In this document: in pieces, positions 8,660 through 17,842 of the stretch
Layout: every line of letters begins with the position of its first letter
Numbering within the stretch: the first letter of the stretch is position 1
From: an uncultured Gemmatimonadaceae bacterium
GTDB lineage: Bacteria; Gemmatimonadota; Gemmatimonadetes; Gemmatimonadales; Gemmatimonadaceae
Direction: 5' to 3'
DNA length: 64,000 nucleotides
Assembly (NCBI GenBank): GCA_963781585.1
Contig: CAWAGQ010000005.1
Span: 352,001-416,000 of the forward strand
Translations under genes and position numbers: made by a program
Notes under the pieces: model-generated
Database searches by the model: none
What the model was told of the DNA's origin: nothing
Seen by the model: only the letters and a program-made list of their open reading frames with translations

Positions 8660-9598
8660 ATGGCGCAGCGACCAGTTGTACACGACCACCTCAGCACACT
8701 CGCCGAGCCAACACGGGGGCGGGTGCTGCTGACGCTGGAGAGCCAGGAACTCACGGTCGGCGAGCTCTGCTCGGTTCTCCGGCTCCCGCAGTCGACAGTG
8801 AGTCGACACCTGCGCGTACTCGGGGACGAGGAATGGATCGTGTCGCGCCAGGAAGGCACCAGCAGGTACTACGCACTGAGTCCGGGGCTCGAGGCCGGTG
8901 CCAAACGGTTGTGGGACGTGGTGCGCGACGATCTGCGAAACGGCCGAGCAGCGTCACAGGACCGTCTGCGGCTGGAGGGGGTGCGTGCCCGACGGAACGC
9001 GAAGTCTCGAGCCTTTTTTGCGGAATCGGCGTCTCAGTGGGATTCAATGCGCGCTGAGCTGTTCGGTGAGCGAACAGATCTCACGACCTTGCTCGGATTG
9101 CTGGAGGATCGGTGGGTCGTAGGCGATCTAGGCTGCGGAACCGGACGATTGAGCGAAGTGCTTGCTCCCTACGTGTCGCGGGTCGTGGCGGTCGACGCCT
9201 CGCCGGAGATGTTAGCGGGCACCCGCATGCGGCTCGCCGCACACCAGAATGTGGACGTGCGCCGCGGGGAGCTGGAGACGCTGCCAATCGATGCCGCTTC
9301 GCTGGACGCAGCGGTACTTTCGCTGGTGCTGCACCATGTCGCGGATCCGGTGCGCGTGCTCGCCGAAGTTCAGCGAGTGGTGCGTCCCGGGGGCCGGCTG
9401 CTGATTGTCGACATGCTTCCGCACGAGCATGAGGAGTACCGTCAGCTGATGGGGCACGTGTGGCTCGGGTTCGCGGAGAGCCAGGTTGAGGAGTGGCTGC
9501 AGAGCACGGGATTCAGGAACGCGATCATCCGTCGTCTGACCGCCGATCCGGCCGCGAAGGGACCAGCGCTCTTTGCGGCGTCGGCACGCCGAACATGA
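8660..9598 (+). CDS. ArsR-family HTH fused to class I SAM-binding domain (SahR-like regulator)
   Basis: N-terminal LTVGELCSVLRLPQSTVSRHLRVL; C-terminal GDLGCGTG, VDAS, LVLHH, RPGGRL; directly upstream of ahcY. Confidence 0.9.
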   Translation: MAQRPVVHDHLSTLAEPTRGRVLLTLESQELTVGELCSVLRLPQSTVSRHLRVLGDEEWIVSRQEGTSRYYALSPGLEAGAKRLWDVVRDDLRNGRAASQDRLRLEGVRARRNAKSRAFFAESASQWDSMRAELFGERTDLTTLLGLLEDRWVVGDLGCGTGRLSEVLAPYVSRVVAVDASPEMLAGTRMRLAAHQNVDVRRGELETLPIDAASLDAAVLSLVLHHVADPVRVLAEVQRVVRPGGRLLIVDMLPHEHEEYRQLMGHVWLGFAESQVEEWLQSTGFRNAIIRRLTADPAAKGPALFAASARRT

Positions 9599-9801
9599 GC
9601 CGCATGGCGTCACGGGGTGTTTCATATTCCACGACGGGCGCCGCCGCCGTACGAGGGGCGCGGCCGCAGATCCAGCCGAAAAGACAGAATCGTGATCACG
9701 CGGCAGTACGAGAGGGCACGGGGAACCTGCAGTCAAACTGTGAGCGACGCACGGACCGGTCCAGGCGAACGGTCCGTCCATGGACCTGCTGAGGACGAGC
9801 A

Positions 9802-11286
9802 ATGACCACGACCATTCGAGCGAACGTAAATGCCGCAGACGCGGTGGATCGGCCTGCCTTCAAGGTCAGGGACCTGGCCCTGGCGGAGTGGGGACGGAAG
9901 GAGATTCGGCTTGCCGAACACGAGATGCCGGGTCTGATGGCGATTCGATCGGAGCACCGTGATGCCAAGCCGCTCGCGGGCGCGCGGATCATGGGTTCAC
10001 TTCACATGACGGTCCAGACCGCAGTGTTGATCGAAACGCTGGTCGAGCTCGGTGCAGACGTTCGCTGGGTTTCCTGCAACATCTTCTCGACGCAGGATCA
10101 CGCGGCGGCAGCGGCCGTTGTCGGACCCACGGGCACAGCGGACGGTCCCCGCGGTGTGGCGGTGTTTGCGTGGAAGGGCGAGACGCTCGAGGAATACTGG
10201 TGGTGCACCGAGCAGGCGCTGATGTGGCCGGATGGGCGTGGTCCGAACCTGTTGCTGGACGATGGCGGGGACGCCACGCTCCTGGTTCACAAAGGGGCGG
10301 AGTTCGAGCGAGCCGGCGAGGTGCCGAGCTTCAATGCGGCGGGGGAGCCTGAAGAGTGGGGCGTGATCCTGGATCTGCTGCGCAAGGAGCAGCGGTTGCA
10401 TCCCGGGCGCTGGACGGAGGTCGCGGGGGGGATTCGCGGAGTGTCGGAAGAAACCACGACGGGCGTTCACAGGCTGTACGAAATGATGCGTGCGGGAACA
10501 CTGCTCTTTCCCGCGATCAACGTGAACGACTCCGTGACGAAATCCAAGTTCGACAACATCTACGGCTGCCGGCACTCGGTGGTGGATGGACTGAACCGGG
10601 CAACCGACGTGATGCTGAGCGGCAAGGTGGTGGTGGTCTGTGGCTACGGCGAGGTCGGGAAGGGATGTGCGCAGGCGCTGCGAGGACAGGGCGCCCGGGT
10701 GGTGGTGACGGAGATCGACCCGATCTGTGCGTTACAGGCCGCGATGGAAGGATTCGAAGTGACGACCGTGGATGACGTGGTGGAGCGCGCCGACATCTTC
10801 ATCACCGCGACAGGCAACAAGAACGTGCTCACGGTGGGGCACATGCATCGAATGAAGGACAAGGCAATTGTCGGGAACATCGGTCACTTCGACAACGAGA
10901 TCGACATGGCCGGGCTCAAGCGGGTGCCGGGAATCCGGCGGATCAACATCAAGCCGCAGTACGACGAGTGGGAATTCCCGGACGGCCACGGGGTCCTGGT
11001 TCTTGCCGAGGGCCGCCTGCTGAATCTCGGATGCGCGACCGGACATCCGAGCTTCGTGATGTCGGCGTCGTTTTCGAACCAGGTGCTGGCGCAGATGGAG
11101 CTGCATCAGCATTCTGACCGGTACCAGCGCCAGGTCTACACGCTGCCGAAGCATCTGGACGAGCAGGTGGCGCGACTACACCTGCCGAAGATCGGTGTCA
11201 AGCTCACACGACTGACGGAAGAGCAGGCAGCGTACCTGGGGATTTCCCAGGACGGACCCTTCAAGGCCGATCATTACCGCTACTAG
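9802..11286 (+). CDS. ahcY: Adenosylhomocysteinase (SAH hydrolase)
   Basis: [61 protein letters not shown]-terminal DHYRY. Confidence 0.98.
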   Translation: MTTTIRANVNAADAVDRPAFKVRDLALAEWGRKEIRLAEHEMPGLMAIRSEHRDAKPLAGARIMGSLHMTVQTAVLIETLVELGADVRWVSCNIFSTQDHAAAAAVVGPTGTADGPRGVAVFAWKGETLEEYWWCTEQALMWPDGRGPNLLLDDGGDATLLVHKGAEFERAGEVPSFNAAGEPEEWGVILDLLRKEQRLHPGRWTEVAGGIRGVSEETTTGVHRLYEMMRAGTLLFPAINVNDSVTKSKFDNIYGCRHSVVDGLNRATDVMLSGKVVVVCGYGEVGKGCAQALRGQGARVVVTEIDPICALQAAMEGFEVTTVDDVVERADIFITATGNKNVLTVGHMHRMKDKAIVGNIGHFDNEIDMAGLKRVPGIRRINIKPQYDEWEFPDGHGVLVLAEGRLLNLGCATGHPSFVMSASFSNQVLAQMELHQHSDRYQRQVYTLPKHLDEQVARLHLPKIGVKLTRLTEEQAAYLGISQDGPFKADHYRY

Positions 11287-11825
11287 CCGAGCGAGGCGAC
11301 CGAGGGGAGGCGTTGGGCGATAGTCGCGAGGGCGCTTGTCAGGCGGGCCGATCCGAGTCCCTGGACGGAGGCTACGGGAGCTCCCAGCCGGTCCAGCGCC
11401 CTGACGAATTCGGCGTGAAGTTCCGCGCGCGAGTAGGGGCGATCGCGCACACCGTCGGCCTCCCAGGTGACGTCGGTGTCCAGAAGAAGATAGAGATCGC
11501 CGAGGCGGTCGTGTGCGGTGGCCATGAGCCATGGTGGGGCCTCCGCGAAGTAGTGCTCGGCGTAGACGACGGTACTCACAAGATCAGTGTCGTGCACCGC
11601 CAGGCCGGACGCAGCGGCGATCGCGGCGTCCTCCAGTGCGACCTGGCCGCGCGCAATCGGCTCGACGTCGGCCACGGTGAGCGTCCTCCCGACCGACGCC
11701 GCGAACTGGCGTGAGTACTCCGCCGACCACGGCGCGTGGAGGTGATCAGCGAGCTGCCGTGCCAGGGTGGTCTTCCCGGTGCACTCAGACCCGGTAACCA
11801 CGATACGGAGGGGCCTGGCGCTCAT
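11283..11825 (-). CDS. NadR-like ATPase / ribosylnicotinamide kinase domain protein
   Basis: Walker [25 protein letters not shown]; adjacent to pnuC. Confidence 0.85.
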   Translation of the reverse strand: MSARPLRIVVTGSECTGKTTLARQLADHLHAPWSAEYSRQFAASVGRTLTVADVEPIARGQVALEDAAIAAASGLAVHDTDLVSTVVYAEHYFAEAPPWLMATAHDRLGDLYLLLDTDVTWEADGVRDRPYSRAELHAEFVRALDRLGAPVASVQGLGSARLTSALATIAQRLPSVASLG

Positions 11826-11870
11826 GGGTCGTGCCGGCCGCCGACTGCCTGATCCATGCGGAGCGCGAGA

Positions 11871-12476
11871 TCAGGCAAGGGCGGGAGCGCCATCTTCCCG
11901 CGGCTTCACGGTTCGCGCGGCGTGGTACGAGCGGAGCCACTGCAGGTGACCTATTGCGGCAAGGGCGAGGAAGGCCGTGTACTGGATGGACGTGAGATAG
12001 AGGTGCTTCAGAAAGATGAACATCCCGACATACACGATATCGAGGAGAATCCAGAGGCCCCAGTTCTCGAGGATCTTCCGCGTCATCATCCACTGAGCCA
12101 CCAGGGAGAAGACCGAAAGCGACGCGTCAAGATACGGAAGCGCCGCGTCGGTGGAGCGGCGCAGAAACGTGCCAAGGGCGACCGACACGAGAACTCCAAT
12201 CGCAGTGAGAACGGCAGTCTGGCGCACCGCCAGGCGTGAGACACGGAGCTCGCTGCGGTTCTCCCCGCCGTACAGCCACTGGTACCAGCCATAGAAGGAG
12301 AGGACGAGGTACACGACCTGGAGGCCCATGTCGGCATACAGCTTCTCGCGGTGGAAGATCAGCGTGTACAGGCCGACGTTGACGATCGCGGTGGGCCAGC
12401 TCCAGATGTTCTCGCGCGTGCTGAGAAAGACACTGACCAGGCCGAAGGTAACGGCGACCAGCTCGAGCGGGGACAT
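11871..12476 (-). CDS. pnuC: Nicotinamide riboside transporter PnuC family
   Basis: RENIWSWP, LYADMGLQ, YGWYQW, PYLDA, AQWMMTRKILENW; multi-TM. Confidence 0.93.
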   Translation of the reverse strand: MSPLELVAVTFGLVSVFLSTRENIWSWPTAIVNVGLYTLIFHREKLYADMGLQVVYLVLSFYGWYQWLYGGENRSELRVSRLAVRQTAVLTAIGVLVSVALGTFLRRSTDAALPYLDASLSVFSLVAQWMMTRKILENWGLWILLDIVYVGMFIFLKHLYLTSIQYTAFLALAAIGHLQWLRSYHAARTVKPREDGAPALA

Positions 12477-12546
12477 GGGTTCCTGGTGAGATCGTCAGGT
12501 GGGGCGCGAGGCGGAGGCCGTGGAGAGTGGCAGGTGATCGTGCGGG

Positions 12547-13059
12547 TCAGCGGGTTCGGGTCAGGAGGTGTCGCAGGATGGTGCCGGCGTGTTCCGCTGA
12601 ATCCGCGAAGTGGACCGCCGCGGCAGCGTCGAGTTTCTGGAAGAAGGAGCGGGTGGTGGCCTCGGCTGCCACGAAGACAATCGGACGTCGGGCTCGCACA
12701 GCGTGGGCGGCCTCGACCGCGGTGCCGGCACTCATTCCGCAGACCGCCAGTGCGTCACTGGAAAGAACAATGACGTTGTTGCGTGCCTGTCCCATGGCGG
12801 TGACGATGGCCACCGAGAGGAAGAGACTGGCGCCGGAGGCATTGGCATCGGGAAGGATGCCGATCACGGTGCCGCCTGCAGAGCGCGCTCCCCGGCTGGC
12901 GGCTTCCATCACGCCGCTGGCCACGCCGCCGTTCACCAGAATCCATCCTTCGCGGCCGGCCAGGGCGCCTAATGCTTCGGCATTTCGCAGGTCGTCAGGG
13001 CTGCCGCTCTGTCCGGGCCCCACGATCGCCAGTACCGGCGTCCGAGGGCGGTCGCCCAC
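12547..13059 (-). CDS. LOG/SMF-like Rossmann-fold nucleotide-binding protein (TIGR00725-like)
   Basis: LVNGGVASGVMEAASRGA, VIGILP, TAMGQARN, GTAVE; GTG start inferred after the THX stop. Confidence 0.85.
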   Translation of the reverse strand: MGDRPRTPVLAIVGPGQSGSPDDLRNAEALGALAGREGWILVNGGVASGVMEAASRGARSAGGTVIGILPDANASGASLFLSVAIVTAMGQARNNVIVLSSDALAVCGMSAGTAVEAAHAVRARRPIVFVAAEATTRSFFQKLDAAAAVHFADSAEHAGTILRHLLTRTR

Positions 13060-13078
13060 GGAATCCCTGGCGGGCGGC

Positions 13079-13198
13079 TCAGGGCTTGGGCGGCGGAGTG
13101 GGCGGCGCGGGTGCTTTGCGCTTCTTGCGGCGTCTGGTCTTTCCATAGCTGCCACGGTTGATCTTACCACGTCGTGAGCGCTGGTCTCCCTTTCCCAT
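13079..13198 (-). CDS. 30S ribosomal protein THX (bS31), 39 aa
   Basis: MGKGDQRSRRGKINRGSYGKTRRRKK matches the THX pattern MGKGDxxTRRGKIxRGxYGKxRxRK; AGGAG RBS upstream. Confidence 0.9.
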   Translation of the reverse strand: MGKGDQRSRRGKINRGSYGKTRRRKKRKAPAPPTPPPKP

Positions 13199-13502
13199 CG
13201 ACGACTCTCCTGGCCGGGGCGGATTGGCAGGCCGCCTATCGAGTGACGGCGGCACGAGTTGACAAGGTATGGAGTCGAGAGGGGGGCGGGCAGTGGCAAA
13301 GGCCCCCGCGCGTTCCGATCGATGTTGCCAAACGCGCGAGAGAAGTGTCCTCATTAGAGCGGGCGCCCGGCTCCCATCGTAAGCGTATGTCATCCAACGA
13401 GAAAGACCTTATGGGTCCGGTCGCAAGGCGCTGTGCTGGCGACTGGGACCGTTGTCGTGCGTGTGGAATCCCGCCCACGGAACGAACGTGACCGACCCCA
13501 GG

Positions 13503-14828
13503 ATGTCATCAGATCGCGCGCGTCGCACGCCGCCGATGAATCGGCGACTCGAGGAGCGCCGCACGCCGGTTGGTGTGCCGTCGACGCCGGCGGGACACCG
13601 GAAGCGGGTGTGTGTGGTGATCGGAACGCGTCCGGAGGCCATCAAGATGGCGCCGGTGATCACGGAACTCGAGCGACACGTCGAGGAATTCGAGACCGTG
13701 ATCGTGGCCACCGCGCAGCATCGAGAGATGCTCGCACAGGCGATGTCGGCATTCCAGCTGCGGCCGCACATCGACCTGGGTCTGATGGCGACCCGGCAAG
13801 CGCTTTCGGATTTCACGTCGCGCGCCCTCCTGGCGCTTTCGAGCTGCTTTACCGAACTCCGACCGGACCTCGTGCTGGTGCAGGGCGACACTACCACGGT
13901 CCTGGCGGCGGCTCTGGCGGCGCGGTATCTGGGCATTGCGGTGGGCCACGTCGAGGCAGGACTGCGCTCCGGGAGTCTGCACAATCCATTTCCCGAGGAG
14001 TTGAACCGTCGGCTGGCGAGCGTGATCGCGGAGCTGCATTTCGCGCCGACCGAATCGGCGCGGGCCAATCTGTTGCGCGAGGGCGTTCCGAGCGAGCGCA
14101 TTCTGGTGACGGGGAATACGATCGTCGACGCGCTGGCGCGGATTCCGCGTCGGGCAGGCTTCGACGACCCCCGGCTGAACGCGCTGCCATGGGTATCGCA
14201 TCGGACGTTGCTGGTCACGGTGCATCGGCGCGAGAGCATCGGCGCTCCGTTGCGCGGCATGTGCCGGGCGTTCGGCGTGCTGGTGGACCGCTATCCCGAC
14301 CTGCTGATTCTCTTTCCGGTGCACCTGAATCCGCGGGTGCGCGAAATCGTGCTCGAGGAGCTGGCGGGGCGGCCCGGGGTGGAGCTGCTGGACCCGCTGA
14401 GCTATCCCGACCTCCTGGAAGTCGCGCGTCGCAGCCTGTTCGTGATGACCGATTCGGGCGGGATCCAGGAGGAATGTCCGTCGCTGCGCAAGCCGGTGCT
14501 GGTGCTACGGGAAACGACGGAGCGACCGGAGGTGATTCAGGCCGGATACGGGCGGCTGGTGGGGACCGATCCCGCGGCGATCGTCTCGGCGGCGTCGGAG
14601 CTTCTGGACAATCCGCTGGCGCTGGACGCGATGATTGACGGCGATAACCCGTTTGGTGATGGGCTTGCGGCGGTGCGGATCGTACAGGCACTGCACCAGT
14701 GGGCGCGCGAGTCTGCACCAGAGGGGACGGCTGCGGGGCCGATTCCACGCTCACTGCCGGGTGGAGGAAATCGGAGCCCGCTGGCGCCGGATCCGGCGGA
14801 AGTGGTCCGGAAAGCGACGGCGTCATGA
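13503..14828 (+). CDS. wecB: UDP-N-acetylglucosamine 2-epimerase (non-hydrolysing)
   Basis: GTRPEAIKMAP, QHREML, VQGDTTT, HVEAGLRS, PFPEE, HRRE, TDSGGIQEE, TERPE, NPFGDG; start uncertain (13503 or 13536). Confidence 0.95.
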   Translation: MSSDRARRTPPMNRRLEERRTPVGVPSTPAGHRKRVCVVIGTRPEAIKMAPVITELERHVEEFETVIVATAQHREMLAQAMSAFQLRPHIDLGLMATRQALSDFTSRALLALSSCFTELRPDLVLVQGDTTTVLAAALAARYLGIAVGHVEAGLRSGSLHNPFPEELNRRLASVIAELHFAPTESARANLLREGVPSERILVTGNTIVDALARIPRRAGFDDPRLNALPWVSHRTLLVTVHRRESIGAPLRGMCRAFGVLVDRYPDLLILFPVHLNPRVREIVLEELAGRPGVELLDPLSYPDLLEVARRSLFVMTDSGGIQEECPSLRKPVLVLRETTERPEVIQAGYGRLVGTDPAAIVSAASELLDNPLALDAMIDGDNPFGDGLAAVRIVQALHQWARESAPEGTAAGPIPRSLPGGGNRSPLAPDPAEVVRKATAS

Positions 14829-15640
14829 GGGGAAGGGTGGCCGTCGCGACCCGGCTGGTGATGCTCTCAGCGGCGTGCGCCGCACTCGCCGGACGGGTCC
14901 TGGCGCAGTCACCCGACAGTTCGTCGGGTGGTGGTGGGCGCATCGACCTGTCCGTGGATCAGCATCAGGTGAGCCATGGGCTGGGAGACTGGCACAGTGC
15001 GGAACTTCGTCTGGTGGTTCCACAAGCGTCGGGGCGCACCGTGTGGTACGGGGATGCGTTGTGGCGGCGGGCGTTTGATGACGAGGGCGTGTACGCATCG
15101 GTGTCGGTGCAGCAGGTGTTGTCGCGGGACTGGTTCGTCTTCGCAAGCCTTGGCGGCGGCAGCGGTGACTTCCTCTTTCCGGACATCCGTGCCGACGCCT
15201 CGTTCTCGCACAAGTGGCTTGCCAGCCAGCGGCTGGTGACGACGGTGGGAGGGACGATGGTCGACGCGAAGCGGGGGTATCGGGAAGAGAGTGTCTTTGC
15301 AGCGTTCGACGCCTATCCCGTGGCGGGCATGGTCCTGGAAGCGGGAGTCCGGGGAAGCCGCAGCTCACCCGGGAGCGTCGATTCGCAGCGGGCGTTTGGG
15401 GCGGTCACGTTAGGTAGCGAGGGAACCCGCTACGTCACGTTTCGGGGATCCACCGGCACGGAGGGATACCAGCTACTGGGTCCGACCACGGTGATCACCA
15501 AGTTCACCAGTCATGAGGGTGCCGTGGGATGGCGTGAGTGGCTGGGTCGGACGTGGGGAGTGCTGGCGCAGGGCGAGTACTACACGAATCCCAGCTACCG
15601 GCGGACAGGAGTGACGATCGGTGTCTTCGCGCACTGGTAG
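14825..15640 (+). CDS. YaiO-like outer-membrane beta-barrel protein
   Basis: Signal peptide, alternating beta-strand pattern, YRRTGVTIGVFAHW with terminal aromatic residue; ATGA overlap with the wecB stop. Confidence 0.78.
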   Translation: MRGRVAVATRLVMLSAACAALAGRVLAQSPDSSSGGGGRIDLSVDQHQVSHGLGDWHSAELRLVVPQASGRTVWYGDALWRRAFDDEGVYASVSVQQVLSRDWFVFASLGGGSGDFLFPDIRADASFSHKWLASQRLVTTVGGTMVDAKRGYREESVFAAFDAYPVAGMVLEAGVRGSRSSPGSVDSQRAFGAVTLGSEGTRYVTFRGSTGTEGYQLLGPTTVITKFTSHEGAVGWREWLGRTWGVLAQGEYYTNPSYRRTGVTIGVFAHW

Positions 15641-15656
15641 GACGCCGCCGTATGTG

Positions 15657-16496
15657 ATGATGGCGAAGGGTCGCGAACGGCTGCTCGCGGAACTTCGCCG
15701 GCGCGGAGCGCGTGGCGGCATCATCGGGCCGCACCGGGCCCTGGTGAAAGGGCGACTCACGCCCTGGCGCCTGACGAGCATGGTCCTGATTCCACTGCTG
15801 CTGGCGGGAGGAACCGGACTGCTCCTGAAGCCGCTGAGCGACTGGTGGACATGGGTGCTGACACTGCTGCAACGGCCGCTGGGTTTGCCTGGCACGGTGG
15901 CGCGTGGCACGGTCACAATCGCCGGCCATTTCTCCTTCGCGGTGCCGTACTTCACGACCGACGCGCCGCTTCCCGCCACATCGCACTACTGGCTGGTTGG
16001 GGGGATTTGCGCCGTGGCGCTGGGTGCGTCGTTCATTCTGTCGCAACGCTTCACGCCGCTCATCTACTTCCTTCGCTTCGCGGTGCTGATCCAGCTCACC
16101 GCCGTGCTCAATTTCGTGCTCAGGCCCGGCTCATTTCCGTACGACCTCCCCCGATACCTGCTCAGTCTGTTCCACATCGGCACCGCAGTCCTGCTTCTCA
16201 TTCCACTGGTGCTGGGCTTCACCTACTTCCCGTTCAACATCGCCACCTGGCGCAAGGTGCTGCTAACGGCGCTTTGTGTGGGCCATATCGCGGTCCTGCT
16301 GCCGTTGCAGGTCACGGTGCATGCGTACCTCATCCATCACCTGTCATTGCTGGTGATGCCGACCCTGTTCTTCCTCTGGGGCATCCTGCTCCACCTGTTC
16401 GTGTTCGTGGCGCTCTACGCCTGGGCGATGAGCTGGCCGGACATTCCGCCTCGCGTTTCGGCGCGCGGCGTCGTGACCTCAGCAGGCAGGGTCTGA
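15657..16496 (+). CDS. Hypothetical polytopic inner-membrane protein of the polysaccharide operon
   Basis: About 6-7 hydrophobic segments; sits between barrel and GT2 genes with short gaps. Confidence 0.75.
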   Translation: MMAKGRERLLAELRRRGARGGIIGPHRALVKGRLTPWRLTSMVLIPLLLAGGTGLLLKPLSDWWTWVLTLLQRPLGLPGTVARGTVTIAGHFSFAVPYFTTDAPLPATSHYWLVGGICAVALGASFILSQRFTPLIYFLRFAVLIQLTAVLNFVLRPGSFPYDLPRYLLSLFHIGTAVLLLIPLVLGFTYFPFNIATWRKVLLTALCVGHIAVLLPLQVTVHAYLIHHLSLLVMPTLFFLWGILLHLFVFVALYAWAMSWPDIPPRVSARGVVTSAGRV

Positions 16497-16498
16497 CG

Positions 16499-17842
16499 AT
16501 GGTCACCACGATCCTGCTGGTCCTGCTGTACATCGTGGTCGCGGTGCTGGTGGCCTATACCATCCGCCACTATGTGTTCACGCTCAATCGGCTGTTCGGC
16601 CGGCAGCGCCAGCCGTACGTGGACGTCACGGAGGCCGACTGGCCGCAAACCGTGGTGTTCATCCCGTGCCACAACGAGGAGAAGGTCATCGCCGGATCCC
16701 TCGAGGCGCTCCTGGCGAACGACTATCCCCATGATCGCCTGACGATCATTCCAGTCGACGACCGATCGACGGACAGCACCGGCGAGATTCTCCGCGGCTT
16801 CGCGACGCGGTACCCGAATCTGGTCAAGCCAGTCTTCCGCACCGGGGGCCAGGCCGGAAAGGCGGCGGCCCTCGCGGAGACAGGTGCGCGGATTGGTGGC
16901 GACGTACATCTGGTGTTCGACGCCGACTACATCCCCGGGCCCCGGCTGCTCAAGCAACTCGTGGCGCCGTTCTTCGATCCCGAGGTGGGGGCGGTGATGG
17001 GGCGTGTCGTTCCCCATAACGTCGGTGATGGACTCCTGGTCCGACTGCTCGATCTGGAACGCGCCGGCGGGTATCAGGTGGATCAGCAAGCCCGCATGAA
17101 TCTGGGTCTCATCCCGCAGTACGGCGGGACGGTGGGCGGCGTGAGGCGGGAGGCCCTGGCGAGCGTCGGTGGCTGGCGAACCGATACCCTGGCTGAGGAT
17201 ACGGACATCACCTACCGGCTCTACCTGCGCGGCTGGGAGGTGGCCTACCAGAACCGCTCCGAGTGCTATGAGGAGGTGCCGGAAACCTGGAATACGCGGA
17301 TCCGGCAGATTCAACGCTGGGCACACGGTCACAATCAGGCGCTGGGACGCTACCTGGGTGCCCTGTTGCGGAAGCCTCGTCATTTCCCGCTGTCGAGGGC
17401 GACCGACGGCATCCTGTTACTGGGGGTGTTTGCCGTGGCACCGGTTCTCCTGTTCGGGTGGGCCGTTGCGATATCGCTTTACTACCTGGGATATCAGCTG
17501 CCCACCGGTGTCCTGGCCGTCCTGATCGTGTCGGCGTTCAGCACACTCGGTAACTTCGCGGCGTTCTTCGAAGTGGCGACGGCGACGCGCCTGGACGGCT
17601 CTCGTCATCGCGTGCGGCTGTTGCCGTTCCTGTTCTTCGGATTCCTGGTCAGTCTGATCTCCGTATCGCAGGAATCACTGCGGCAGTTGTTCCGGTGGCC
17701 GGGCAAGCGGGCCGTTGTGTGGCACAAGACCGAGCGCTACCGCGACAACAACCACGGGGTGACCGCGAACGGCGCGACGAACGATAGCGTGGTGAATGGC
17801 GGCGCCCTGAAGCGGCGCCTCGAAGACGAGGAGAAAGCGTGA
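16499..17842 (+). CDS. Processive GT2 glycosyltransferase (cellulose/PNAG synthase-like)
   Basis: IPCHNE, DDRSTD, GKAAAL, FDADY, LAEDTD, QIQRW (QxxRW); N- and C-terminal TM helices. Confidence 0.92.
   Translation: MVTTILLVLLYIVVAVLVAYTIRHYVFTLNRLFGRQRQPYVDVTEADWPQTVVFIPCHNEEKVIAGSLEALLANDYPHDRLTIIPVDDRSTDSTGEILRGFATRYPNLVKPVFRTGGQAGKAAALAETGARIGGDVHLVFDADYIPGPRLLKQLVAPFFDPEVGAVMGRVVPHNVGDGLLVRLLDLERAGGYQVDQQARMNLGLIPQYGGTVGGVRREALASVGGWRTDTLAEDTDITYRLYLRGWEVAYQNRSECYEEVPETWNTRIRQIQRWAHGHNQALGRYLGALLRKPRHFPLSRATDGILLLGVFAVAPVLLFGWAVAISLYYLGYQLPTGVLAVLIVSAFSTLGNFAAFFEVATATRLDGSRHRVRLLPFLFFGFLVSLISVSQESLRQLFRWPGKRAVVWHKTERYRDNNHGVTANGATNDSVVNGGALKRRLEDEEKA

Noticed and set aside
9599..9801. SAH riboswitch upstream of ahcY
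   Set aside because: GAGGGGCGC resembles the 5' motif, but the pairing CAGGCTC strand and AACGGCGCT pseudoknot partner are not found; a protein regulator is already adjacent. An Rfam scan would settle it.
3581..11286. Genomic island integrated at tRNA-Phe
   Set aside because: No integrase, no duplicated tRNA 3' end seen, and the downstream genes are housekeeping.
13259..13290. Consensus TTGACA as the promoter of the EPS operon
   Set aside because: No plausible -10 hexamer at 16-18 nt spacing.
13290..13500. c-di-GMP riboswitch ahead of the EPS operon
   Set aside because: GGCAAA and CGCAAGG fragments and two hairpins occur, but not in the GEMM order, and there is no GAAA tetraloop/receptor pair.
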